Virus record (IMG/VR): IMGVR_UViG_3300037761_000289
Span: 925 to 64,924 of that record
DNA length: 64,000 nucleotides
From: a virus
Taxonomy: Duplodnaviria; Caudoviricetes
Reading direction: 5' to 3' (one strand)
Part shown: piece after piece, positions 32,183 to 40,924 of the stretch
Numbering within the stretch: the first letter of the stretch is position 1
How the letters are laid out: every line of letters starts with the position of its first letter
The notes under the pieces: generated by a model
The model's database searches: none
The model's input: the letters and a program-made list of their open reading frames with translations, nothing else
Told to the model about the DNA's origin: nothing
Translations under genes and position numbers: made by a program

Positions 32183-32491
32183 CTACGGCAGCTCGGCACC
32201 GGCCGTGTGCCGCCGACGGCCCCGGCGCTGTATCGACAGCAGCGAGATCGGCAGGCCGACCGCGACCACCGCGATAAGCAGGGCGGCGACGAACCGCACC
32301 ACCTGCACCCCCGGATACTCGCCGAACAGGATGACGCTGATAGCCAGACCGCAGTTGAGGATGAGGACCAGGATCGTGGCCAGCAGGTGCCAGCCCTCGG
32401 GCCGGGCGTACCAGTCCGTGCGCCGGCAGTAGATCGCCAGGAAGACGACCAGCCCGGCCGCGGCGACGCCGTACAGGATGGCGGCGATCAT
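32183..32491 (-). CDS. Putative holin-like 3-TM protein
   Basis: Three hydrophobic helices with a basic C-terminus. Confidence 0.7.
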   Translation of the reverse strand: MIAAILYGVAAAGLVVFLAIYCRRTDWYARPEGWHLLATILVLILNCGLAISVILFGEYPGVQVVRFVAALLIAVVAVGLPISLLSIQRRGRRRHTAGAELP

Positions 32492-32700
32492 GGTTTCACG
32501 CTCCGAAAGATGTCGACGATCAGTTCGGTGAAGTGGTTCCGGTCGCGGCTCCACACCGACCGGCGGGCGACGCTGCCGGCCTTGGCCTCCATGTCCTTCG
32601 CGGTCGCCAGCCGCTCCAACGCGTCGTCCTGTTCCTTCTTCTGGCCGGCGGGTGGCAGCGGGATCGGCGGCGGGCGCCTACGCCGCCACGGCCACATCAC
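32488..32700 (-). CDS. Actinophage lysis-cassette protein
   Basis: MMWPWRRRR...RDRNHFTELIVDIFR. Confidence 0.75.
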   Translation of the reverse strand: MMWPWRRRRPPPIPLPPAGQKKEQDDALERLATAKDMEAKAGSVARRSVWSRDRNHFTELIVDIFRSVKP

Positions 32701-33002
32701 GGGCCGTCCCGGCCGGACGTGCGGGACAGGTCACGCAGACTACGCAGCAGCTCATTGCTGGTCACCCCAACCTCGGTCAACTTGCCCACGGCGGTGGCGA
32801 GCTTGTCGTTCGCCACCACCAACGACGCGATCGTGCGGTCCTTGTCCTCGATGCGTTGCAGCAGGTCTTCACGCATCTGGTCCACCAGGTAGCCGGCCAC
32901 CCACCGGCCGGACTGGATGGCCCGCAGCCACCGGACCAGCACCCCGGCCAGGGCCAGGAACATCAGCGCCAGTAACGCGTACGGGGTCAGCTCGGCGGGC
33001 AC
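32697..33002 (-). CDS. Membrane-anchored coiled-coil lysis-cassette protein
   Basis: N-terminal TM, then SGRWV and a coiled coil. Confidence 0.75.
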   Translation of the reverse strand: MPAELTPYALLALMFLALAGVLVRWLRAIQSGRWVAGYLVDQMREDLLQRIEDKDRTIASLVVANDKLATAVGKLTEVGVTSNELLRSLRDLSRTSGRDGP

Positions 33003-33038
33003 ACGGCACCGGCCGGGGTCCGGGGCCGGCAGGGCACG

Positions 33039-33872
33039 TCACGACTCCAGGCGGCCGCGGGTCACGTCCACCACCGCCGCGCCGATCGCGGCCAGCACAT
33101 CCGGGTCGAGCAGCGCCGCCCTGATCCCGGCCGGGTCGACCGGCGCGGCCTGCACCGCCGGCCGGGCCTTCAGGTCGGCGACGTCGGCGGCCAGCTTGGC
33201 CACCGCGTTGTCCAGCTCGTAGAACTGGCGCGGCAGCCACGCGATCGGGATACCACCACCCGCCGTCTGGTTGGGGCCCGGGCGGGTGCCGTCGTGCAGC
33301 AGCCGCCACGTGTCGTCCTCTACCGCCATGATCGCGCCTCCTGTGATACGCGCGGCCACCACCGCACGGAACTGGGTCATGTCGAACGTCGGGTCGCTCT
33401 TGCGGCCCGGCGTGTGTTCCTTGTGCCCCACCAGCCGGGACGCCGCCCACCCCAGCCGGCGGCAGATCGCCGCCCACCCGGCGGCGTACGCGTGGTACTG
33501 CACCGGCGGCCACGGCTCGCCGAGGTTGTCGTTGCACGCCTCGATGCCGAGCGCGTAGCTGTTGCCCAGCCCCTCGTACGGGCCGGCCGTGCCCACCAGC
33601 GTCGTGTTGCAGCGCCCGGCGGCCAGCACATGCCAACGGCCGAGCCGGTCCACGCACGCATTGGCGATCGGGCCCGGCAGGCCCTCCCGGCCGTCGCGGA
33701 CGATCCGCACCTGCGTGTCGTCGGCCTGGCTCGCCGGCGCCGCCGTCGCGTGCACCACCCCGAACGTCGGCGTCCACGAACCGTCGGCCGCCCGGGTCTG
33801 CCAGCCGGCGTGCTCGACCACCGTCAGCCCGCCGGCCCGTAACACGTCGGCCAGCCACAGAATCGCCATCAT
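33039..33872 (-). CDS. Endolysin, N-acetylmuramoyl-L-alanine amidase (Amidase_2)
   Basis: LADVLRAGGLTVVEHAGWQTR, VVHAT, GPIAN, LGIEA and VGHKE. Confidence 0.9.
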   Translation of the reverse strand: MMAILWLADVLRAGGLTVVEHAGWQTRAADGSWTPTFGVVHATAAPASQADDTQVRIVRDGREGLPGPIANACVDRLGRWHVLAAGRCNTTLVGTAGPYEGLGNSYALGIEACNDNLGEPWPPVQYHAYAAGWAAICRRLGWAASRLVGHKEHTPGRKSDPTFDMTQFRAVVAARITGGAIMAVEDDTWRLLHDGTRPGPNQTAGGGIPIAWLPRQFYELDNAVAKLAADVADLKARPAVQAAPVDPAGIRAALLDPDVLAAIGAAVVDVTRGRLES

Positions 33873-33906
33873 GCCTCCCTGGTGGACAAGTCGCGTCGGC
33901 GCCGGG

Positions 33907-34446
33907 TCAGAGCCGCCTGATCCACAACGCGGTCAGCGTCGACTGCTGCTCGGCCGGTAACACCACCGTCGAGCGTGTGCCGCCGGAGTTCTGCCACAGT
34001 TGCAACTCGACGTAATCGCCGGCGGACAGTGAGATGAAGATGGTGCGGGCCGGGATGACGGACTCCCCGGCCGACAACGCCAACGTGTCGATGCGGCTAC
34101 CCGAAACAACGGTGCCGTTCTTCGCCCACTGGGTCATCCGCCGCCCGGTGGCGTTAGCCTCCACGGACACACCCCCGGTGAGCATCCACCAGCCGTCCTC
34201 GTGGGCCGTGTACCGCGACGTGTTCGTCGTCGGGCTGTGCCCGTCCTGCGAGTCCAGGTCCTCGCCCACGGTGAAGGTGATCGACGTGAAGGTGTTGTTG
34301 GCGAGGTTGGTCTGCACGGCCGTCTGCCGCAGGTGCGCGGCCGGCGGTTCCATCAGCCACGTCAGCGCATCCCGGACCTGGGCGTTGAGGTTGGTGGTGT
34401 CGAGCGGGTCGCCGTCGACCCACGCGCCTTCGCTGGGTACAGCCAC
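33907..34446 (-). CDS. Minor tail protein (C1q-like beta sandwich)
   Basis: SRYTAHEDGWWMLTG...LSAGDYVELQLWQNSG. Confidence 0.75.
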   Translation of the reverse strand: MAVPSEGAWVDGDPLDTTNLNAQVRDALTWLMEPPAAHLRQTAVQTNLANNTFTSITFTVGEDLDSQDGHSPTTNTSRYTAHEDGWWMLTGGVSVEANATGRRMTQWAKNGTVVSGSRIDTLALSAGESVIPARTIFISLSAGDYVELQLWQNSGGTRSTVVLPAEQQSTLTALWIRRL

Positions 34447-34590
34447 CGGTCACATCCTCGGGTGCTCGCCGGTAACCGGCGACGTGGTCAGATACCAGGG
34501 CAACGCGGCCAAGGCGCACGCCGAGCTGGTGCGGAATGTCATCCTTAACATCGCGCACCTACCCGCCATCCGAACGGGAGAGACCCCCCA

Positions 34591-34786
34591 GTGAAGGTCA
34601 CCATCACTATCGAGACCGAGGACCAGCGCACGCAGATCACCCGCCAGGGCGACCAGGCCATGGATCAGTTGTTTCGCTCAATGTCTGTGGCGGGTGTCCG
34701 ACACATTCCACCAGTCGGAGTTGGAGCACGTCGCCGTTGCCGTGAAGCAGATGCTGGAGGAGCGCGCACGGCCAGTACGGCGATGA
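34591..34786 (+). pseudogene. Small antisense ORF with an apparent +1 frameshift at TTT 34672-34674
   Basis: MKVTITIETEDQRTQITRQGDQAMDQLF continues as AQCLWRVSDTFHQSELEHVAVAVKQMLEERARPVRR* if one T is removed. Confidence 0.4.
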
Positions 34787-34844
34787 CCACACAACCGGAC
34801 ACTTGCTGCCGGAAAGTTCGAAGCCTCCCAGCCCCCTACGCCGA

Positions 34845-36764
34845 CTAGTAGGGGACGATGGTCGTTCCGCTGACCTGCGCCGCGCCGACCAGCGGCATCG
34901 GGTCGGGGACGCCGGCGACGGTCGCGTAGATCGGGCCGTTGTGCCAGGTGACCCGGTGCCCGAACGCGCTGATCCGGTGCACCATGCCCTCGATGTGGAA
35001 CAGTTCGGCGCCCTCGGGGGCATTGGCGGGCAGCCCATCCAGCCGCACCATGTCGCCGAACTCGCGGCGCAGGATCGTGCGCCGCTGGGTGTCGGACATC
35101 CAGCCGAGCTCGAAGACCATCCGGGCGGGACGTTGCCGCGGGTCGCGGGCCATCCGCACGGTGAACGCGGCCAGGTTGCTCGCGTCGTCGGGGACCGCCG
35201 TGTCGAGGGTCGGCAGGTCCGGCGCGTACTCGCCGTACTCGGCCACCGAGTCCGCGTCGATGGCGTAGCCGGTGGCGCCGTCGGTGGTGGACACCTCGGC
35301 GACGTTGGCCGGCGGTTCCGGCCGCCACGCCAACTCGGACAGCCACGTCAGCTCGACGGTCGCGGCGAGCGCGGGGCGGTAGCGGACGTGCCGCGGCGCG
35401 AACGCGATATGTCCGTCGCCGTGGGCGAGGATGTGCCCGTTGTCCGCCTCGGCGGCCTCCCGTAGCAACTCCCCCGGACGGCGCCCGGCCAGCCGTGCCC
35501 GCGACATGATCGCACTGGCCCGACCCAGATGCAGGTCATCGGCCGGGATGCCGGCGTAGTTGGCGATCGTGGTCATGCGCTCGTCCACCCGCTGCCGGTC
35601 CAGGCCGTCGTAGCCGGCCCGGTACTGCGCCAGGTGGTCGGCGGCGTCGAAGACCTCACCGGCCGCGCCGACGTAGACCTGCAGGTGCATCGCCGAGCCG
35701 AACATGGATTCGAAGGTGAACTCGCTGCCACCGACACGGATCATGTCGAACAGCCCGGCGGCCGGGCTGGCCCCGATGGCGTCCGACACCGGCGTGTCGG
35801 CGCCCACGCAGAGGGTCATCGTGTCGGCGGACAGGTCCATGATCGCGGTGACGAGTCGCCACACGTCGGCTGGGAAGTGTCCACCCACCAGCAGTTGGCC
35901 GAACACGGGTGAGTTGCCGACGGTCAGCACGATGCCCAACGACTCGTCATCCTCGACCCGCACCGTCATCCCGTCCACGCCGGACAGCCACAGCGGCACC
36001 CTGCTGGCGCTCCCCGGCGTCGGGTCGGTCGGGGGCGCGTCGATCCGCACCCACGCGGACAGCGCCACCACCTGCGACGCGCCGACCGGGATCGACACCG
36101 GGGCCGTCAGGAACGACGGTTCGGGGATCCCGTCGTCGTGGACGGTGGGCGCGAACCGGACCGCCGACGCGTCGTCGCCGCGCGGGCCCGCCTCGTCGGC
36201 GCGGCTGATGCCGCCGGCGCCCCGGCCGGTTACCAGCGGACGGCCGCCCATGACGTCGCCGAGCGGGCCCGACGCGCTGATCATCGGCCAGTACGCGACC
36301 AGCCCCCGGGTGCCGCCCACGTACCGGATGTGCTCGGCCAGGGTGCTGATGAACGGCCTCGCCCGGTCGAGGCGGCCCATCCGGTCCACGGCGGACAGGT
36401 GGAACAGCTGCTCGCGGGGCGCGGCGACCGACGACTTCTGCCACGTGGTGATCTCCGGCAGTTCGATGTACCCGTCGAAGACGGTGATCTCCTCACCGGC
36501 CACGGTGTCCAGCGCCCGGCACCGGCGGGCCGGCCGGACGTCCGGGTACAGCGGACTCTGCGTGTTGCCCGGGGTGTAGCGCTGGTCGTGGTTGCGCAGG
36601 GCCACCGACATGGTGGACACCTGGATGTCGGCTCGGTGGTCGGCGCGGCCCTCGGCGACCGTCACCGCGCCGTCGACCCGGGCCGTCTCGTCCACCCACA
36701 CCGGCGGATCATCGGGGTGCGTCGACCAGGCGACCTCCAGCCGCCACGACTCGTACGCGGCCAC
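34845..36764 (-). CDS. Minor tail protein with concanavalin/LamG-like domain
   Basis: Downstream of the tape measure; WRLEVAW...WVDET, LVAYWPM, SLSAWVR-like and VWRLVT motifs. Confidence 0.8.
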   Translation of the reverse strand: MAAYESWRLEVAWSTHPDDPPVWVDETARVDGAVTVAEGRADHRADIQVSTMSVALRNHDQRYTPGNTQSPLYPDVRPARRCRALDTVAGEEITVFDGYIELPEITTWQKSSVAAPREQLFHLSAVDRMGRLDRARPFISTLAEHIRYVGGTRGLVAYWPMISASGPLGDVMGGRPLVTGRGAGGISRADEAGPRGDDASAVRFAPTVHDDGIPEPSFLTAPVSIPVGASQVVALSAWVRIDAPPTDPTPGSASRVPLWLSGVDGMTVRVEDDESLGIVLTVGNSPVFGQLLVGGHFPADVWRLVTAIMDLSADTMTLCVGADTPVSDAIGASPAAGLFDMIRVGGSEFTFESMFGSAMHLQVYVGAAGEVFDAADHLAQYRAGYDGLDRQRVDERMTTIANYAGIPADDLHLGRASAIMSRARLAGRRPGELLREAAEADNGHILAHGDGHIAFAPRHVRYRPALAATVELTWLSELAWRPEPPANVAEVSTTDGATGYAIDADSVAEYGEYAPDLPTLDTAVPDDASNLAAFTVRMARDPRQRPARMVFELGWMSDTQRRTILRREFGDMVRLDGLPANAPEGAELFHIEGMVHRISAFGHRVTWHNGPIYATVAGVPDPMPLVGAAQVSGTTIVPY

Positions 36765-36842
36765 CTGGCCACCTCCCCCCGGTCACACTGCTCGACACGA
36801 TCGGCCTAGTGACCGGTTGACGCCGGGGAGTAAGGTGCGGGC

Positions 36843-37292
36843 GTGACGCCATCCGAACAGTCACCGACCACGCCTCCGCGCAAGCGGCGGAACCTACTCA
36901 TCACGGCCGCCGTAGTCGCGGCCCTGCTGGCCGGCGGATTCGTCGTCTGGCGCGCCACGGCGGGCGGCACGGTCTCCCTACACGGATCCGTCACCGTCAG
37001 CGACGAAGATTCGCTGACCTTCACCCGGCAGGTGTGCGAGGGGCAGGGCGGCTACGCCGACATGCGGGCCGGCGCCACCGTCACCGTCACCGACGGGGAC
37101 GGGAACGTGGTGGCCCTCGGCGAACTCGCGGCCGGGACCGCGCGTGGATACGGCGTCTGCGTGTGGGAGTTCCGGATCGACGGGATCCCGACCGGGCGCC
37201 GGTTCTACGGCGTCGAGGTGTCCCGGCGCGGAATGCTGCGGGTCAGCGAGAGCGAGCTGGGTGACCCACTGACCCTCACGCTCGGGTCCTGA
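36843..37292 (+). CDS. Membrane-anchored extracytoplasmic protein (moron, probably leaderless)
   Basis: RKRR + TM + CEGQGGYADMRAGATVTV...CVWEF; TAAGGT -10 at 36831-36836, 6 nt before the GTG. Confidence 0.8.
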   Translation: MTPSEQSPTTPPRKRRNLLITAAVVAALLAGGFVVWRATAGGTVSLHGSVTVSDEDSLTFTRQVCEGQGGYADMRAGATVTVTDGDGNVVALGELAAGTARGYGVCVWEFRIDGIPTGRRFYGVEVSRRGMLRVSESELGDPLTLTLGS

Positions 37293-39155
37293 TCAGGCGG
37301 CCTGTAGCCCGAGCACCTGCGACACGCTGCGCTGACCGGTCCGCAACGCGTACCGCTGGATCTGCTCCGCGGCCACCTGACCGTCCGGGTACTCGACCTG
37401 CACCCGGACGAGCAGTTCCGCCGGGAGCGCCGGCCCGGACCCGCCGCGGTTGGGATGCACGTACCCGGCGTCCCGGCCCATCTGCAACACCTCGGGGCCA
37501 CTCTCGCCCACGATGTACGCCTCCCCCGGCCGCACCGGACCACCCTCGGCCCGCCGGCCCAGTTGCACCGCCATCGCCTCCGACCGGTTGGTGAACGACC
37601 GGAACTGGGTGGAGTGGATGTGCTCGTAGAACGTCCGGATCGTGGTGCCGTCGGCCTTCTTCGCCTCGCCCACCATGGCGGCGATCTGGCTGGCGCTGTA
37701 CCCGGCGGCCCGCGCCGAACGCTCCAACTCGACGATCCAATGAAGCCGGACCTTCGCACCGGCCGCCGCGGCCGCGTCGGCGCTCTTGCCCTCGGCCAAC
37801 GCCCGATCGGTGGCGGCGTCACCGGCCCGGTCCGCCGCCATGATCGCCGCCTCGATCACCTTCAGGTTGTCGCGGCCCTTCTGCGTGTTGATGTCCAACG
37901 ACGTGCCGTGCTCATCGGCCGCCTCCGACAACTCGAACAGCGCGTCCTTGATACCGATCGTGGACAGGCGCAGGTTCTGGCCGGTGTCGACCAGGAACTC
38001 CAACTCCTTGTCAAGGTCGGCCAGCGGCTTGGTCGCCGCCTCGGCCGCCCCGCCGAGCTCGTCGACCGCACTGGCGACGGCCTTGATCGACGGGCCGCCG
38101 GAGTCGACCTCCCGCAGCAGACCGACCAGCGGACCGAACGCGATCATGATCTCCGGGGTGGCCATCGACGCCAGGTCGGTCAGGATGTCGAAGACCCGGG
38201 TCAGGAACTCGACCGTCTCCCCGGTCGCGACCGCCAGGTCCCCGGTCACGTTGACCAGGAAGCGCATGCCCTCCACGGCGCCGCCGCTGGCCCCGAACGA
38301 CTCCAGCATGTGCGAGATGTCGGTACCCAGCCCGGGCAGTTCCTCGGCGAGCGCGGCGATGACCGGCCGCGCAGACTCCATCGCCCGCACGAACCCGGGT
38401 GTCACCGTGGACATGAAACCGGTCAGGCCTCGCGACAGCGGCTCGACGAGGTCGGCCATGCCGGCGACCGCGTCGGTCCACTCGGTGCGGATGTCCTTCA
38501 GCTCCCTGCGGAACAACGCCCCGGCCTGGCGGACCGGCGCGGCGAACCGGCCGCCCATGTTGTCGAACACTTCGACGAAGTCGGCGCCCAACTGCTCGAA
38601 CTCGGCCTGCGCCGACTTGTCCTTGCGAATCGCCGAAGCGATACCCAACCCCAGCCCGGCGGAGCCGATGCCGGCCAGCACAGCCGCGCTGACGGCCGCG
38701 CCGATCGCCGGCGAGGCGGCGACGCCGACGGCGATCCCACCGGCCAGCAGCGGCGAACCGAGCGCCTGACTGAACAGCCCGCCCCCGCCGCCGGGGCCGG
38801 GTGGCCGCACAGGGGGTGCCGCGGGCGTCAGCAGCTTCAACGCCCGCGCCAACTGCGACTCGCGCGCCCGCGCGACCTTCAGCTCCTTGACCTGCGCCTT
38901 GTCGAGGTTGTCGCCGAGCAGCGCGTACGCCACGGACAGTTCCAGCACCTTGCGCTTCTGCTGGGCCAACTCGTGGGAGACCTTGACGCTGGCCTTCTCG
39001 GCCAGCGTCATTTTCGCGGCCGCCTCGCGGGCCTCGTCGCCGAGCTCGTCGAAAGCCTTCTCCGCCACCTCGGCGACACCGGCCATCTTCCCCAGCGCCG
39101 CCGAGATGTCGTCCTGGGCCGCGAACGTGTAGACCTGCCTATCCGGTGAGGTCAC
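37293..39155 (-). CDS. Tape measure protein
   Basis: 620-aa Ala/Gly-rich helical protein after the tail chaperones; C-terminal RAEGGPV...YIVGESGPE motif. Confidence 0.9.
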   Translation of the reverse strand: MTSPDRQVYTFAAQDDISAALGKMAGVAEVAEKAFDELGDEAREAAAKMTLAEKASVKVSHELAQQKRKVLELSVAYALLGDNLDKAQVKELKVARARESQLARALKLLTPAAPPVRPPGPGGGGGLFSQALGSPLLAGGIAVGVAASPAIGAAVSAAVLAGIGSAGLGLGIASAIRKDKSAQAEFEQLGADFVEVFDNMGGRFAAPVRQAGALFRRELKDIRTEWTDAVAGMADLVEPLSRGLTGFMSTVTPGFVRAMESARPVIAALAEELPGLGTDISHMLESFGASGGAVEGMRFLVNVTGDLAVATGETVEFLTRVFDILTDLASMATPEIMIAFGPLVGLLREVDSGGPSIKAVASAVDELGGAAEAATKPLADLDKELEFLVDTGQNLRLSTIGIKDALFELSEAADEHGTSLDINTQKGRDNLKVIEAAIMAADRAGDAATDRALAEGKSADAAAAAGAKVRLHWIVELERSARAAGYSASQIAAMVGEAKKADGTTIRTFYEHIHSTQFRSFTNRSEAMAVQLGRRAEGGPVRPGEAYIVGESGPEVLQMGRDAGYVHPNRGGSGPALPAELLVRVQVEYPDGQVAAEQIQRYALRTGQRSVSQVLGLQAA

Positions 39156-39599
39156 CGGTCACCCCCCACCGCGTGTTTTCCGCCGCCCGCTGCCGGTTGA
39201 TCTCGTCGCAGATGGTCAGGAAGTCGCGCAGGGTCAGCCGGTCGTACTGCTCGGGTGTGTATCCACAGTGGACGGCGAATCGGCCGAGCCACTTGCCGCG
39301 TTCGCCGCCTTGACCAGTTTTCCCAGGTCGTCCACCAGCGCCGCCCACTCGACCACGTGCGGCGTCCACACCTTCATCGGTGGGCCCTCGTAGCTGGAGA
39401 ACTTCAGGTCCGGCTGGTCGCGCTGGTCGACGAGCCAGAACAGCGCCCGGATCGCGTTGGGCTGGAACCGCAACGCAGTCAGCAGCAGGTTGCTCCAGTT
39501 CAGCCCGGTCTTCTGCTCGATCAGGTCCAACTCGCGGACGGTGAACTCGTTCGGGTCCACGTCGTACGTCTTGCCGTTCCAGTCGATGGCGAGTGTCAA
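39139..39599 (-). CDS. Tail assembly chaperone, frameshift (GT) product
   Basis: -1 slippery site GGGAAAA at 39318-39324 joins ...DDLGK to TGQGGERGKWLGRFAVHCGYTPEQYDRLTL... Confidence 0.85.
39234..39599 (-). CDS. Tail assembly chaperone (G product)
   Basis: TTG start overlaps the upstream stop; LAIDWNGKTYDVDPNEFTVRELDLIEQKTG. Confidence 0.85.
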   Translation of the reverse strand: MTLAIDWNGKTYDVDPNEFTVRELDLIEQKTGLNWSNLLLTALRFQPNAIRALFWLVDQRDQPDLKFSSYEGPPMKVWTPHVVEWAALVDDLGKLVKAANAASGSADSPSTVDTHPSSTTG

Positions 39600-40162
39600 A
39601 GGATGCCTTTCAGTGCGTCGTCGACCGCGTCCTTCGCGGCGGCCCGCAGACGCCCCCGGTGCCTGCGGATGGTCACGTGGAAGTAGGGCTCGCCGAACTG
39701 GCGGACCCAGCCCCTGGCGCTGCGATTCCCGAACGTCGGGTGACGCCAACCGTTCGGGTTGCCGAGGTGTTGCGGAAGCTTGCGCTGCGACTGCGGCATC
39801 TGCCGGTTGGACACGAAGATCGTCCAGCCGACGGTGTTGCCGGTCGTGCGGACCGACTGCTTCACCCCACGCGCGACGGTGGCACGCAAGCCGGTCGACC
39901 CGCGCCGTCCGTGCACGGCCATGAACGCAGCACGGCGACGTGATCCCAACCCCGTAACAGGACGATGGCGCGATCCTGTGTTCTTGACACCGTGGATGTC
40001 CATCGTGCGGATCGCGTTCTGCATGTCGGCCACGACGGGCCGGCCGGCGTCGCGGAGCGCGCTGGCCAGTTTGCGGCGAAGCTCCCGGCCGTCCGAGGCG
40101 CGCTCCAGCCGGCGGATGGTGGCCTTGAACTGGGCGCCGCCGAGAACGGTGAAGGTGGTCAC
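39596..40162 (-). CDS. Neck/tail completion protein (HK97 gp10-like)
   Basis: GWRHPTFGNR..WVRQ.GEPYFHVTI; position in the tail module. Confidence 0.75.
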   Translation of the reverse strand: MTTFTVLGGAQFKATIRRLERASDGRELRRKLASALRDAGRPVVADMQNAIRTMDIHGVKNTGSRHRPVTGLGSRRRAAFMAVHGRRGSTGLRATVARGVKQSVRTTGNTVGWTIFVSNRQMPQSQRKLPQHLGNPNGWRHPTFGNRSARGWVRQFGEPYFHVTIRRHRGRLRAAAKDAVDDALKGIL

Positions 40163-40804
40163 CTAAGACTCGCCGCCGGCGCGCTTCCACGCCTCAACCG
40201 CGTTGGCGTCCAGGTCACCCTCCGCACCGGTGACCATCCGGTCGACGGACGTCTCGACCTGCGCCACGGTCCGGCCGAAGTTGGCGTGCATGTCCCGGCA
40301 CATGTCGCGGTAGTCGACCGCCTGACGGACGGTGAGGTCGGTGAGGTCGACCTTCCGGCCGTTGATCTTCAGGACCGGCTTGAAGCCGGGGATCTCGAAC
40401 AGCGGATCTTGTTCGTCTCCGGTCGCCGCGTCGGTCGCGAGCCCGACTTCCTCGATCGCGTCGACCTGATCGTCCGATTCATCGATTTCGACGGATGGGA
40501 AGCCAACGTTGATGATCGCCGACCAGGAGCCAAAGTCCGTCAGCGCCTGACGGACTTTGGTCTCCGTGTCATAGACCGTGGCCAATCTGATTCGACGCTG
40601 AATCTCTTGCTCCGAGATCTTGAAGCCAGACCGGAGCGCGTCCGCGATCAGGTCGGTGATCATGCCGTGCGGAAGTTGCTTCCGGCCGGCCTTGGCCTTC
40701 AGCAACTCCCGGCCGTAGTTCCACCGGTGCATGATGCCGCCGCGCTCGTCGGCGGCGATCCGCGTCTCAAGCTTCAGATACACGGACTGCTTGTCCTTGG
40801 CCAC
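40163..40804 (-). CDS. Putative DNA-binding protein (DUF1016-N/YhcG-N-like) inserted in the tail module
   Basis: RWNYGRELL...GFKISEQEIQRRIRLATVY...GSWSAII; own RBS; follows a terminator. Confidence 0.6.
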   Translation of the reverse strand: MAKDKQSVYLKLETRIAADERGGIMHRWNYGRELLKAKAGRKQLPHGMITDLIADALRSGFKISEQEIQRRIRLATVYDTETKVRQALTDFGSWSAIINVGFPSVEIDESDDQVDAIEEVGLATDAATGDEQDPLFEIPGFKPVLKINGRKVDLTDLTVRQAVDYRDMCRDMHANFGRTVAQVETSVDRMVTGAEGDLDANAVEAWKRAGGES

Positions 40805-40883
40805 GCTGGGCCTCCCTTCACGCGGGGTAGCGAGGGGTAGCTGTGCCCGGCCCGCCGGCTACCCCAAGCAGCGGGCCGGGCAC

Positions 40884-40911
40884 GAAAAAGGAGCCCACAC
40901 AAGGGGGCTCC
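40884..40911 (-). terminator. Intrinsic terminator after the major tail gene
   Basis: Minus strand GGAGCCC-N8-GGGCTCC-TTTTT. Confidence 0.75.
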
Positions 40912-40924
40912 GGGATCTACAGAG

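Noticed and set aside
39318-39324. Programmed -1 frameshift GGGAAAA
   Set aside because: Real, but the standard tail-assembly-chaperone mechanism. Listed as a feature only.
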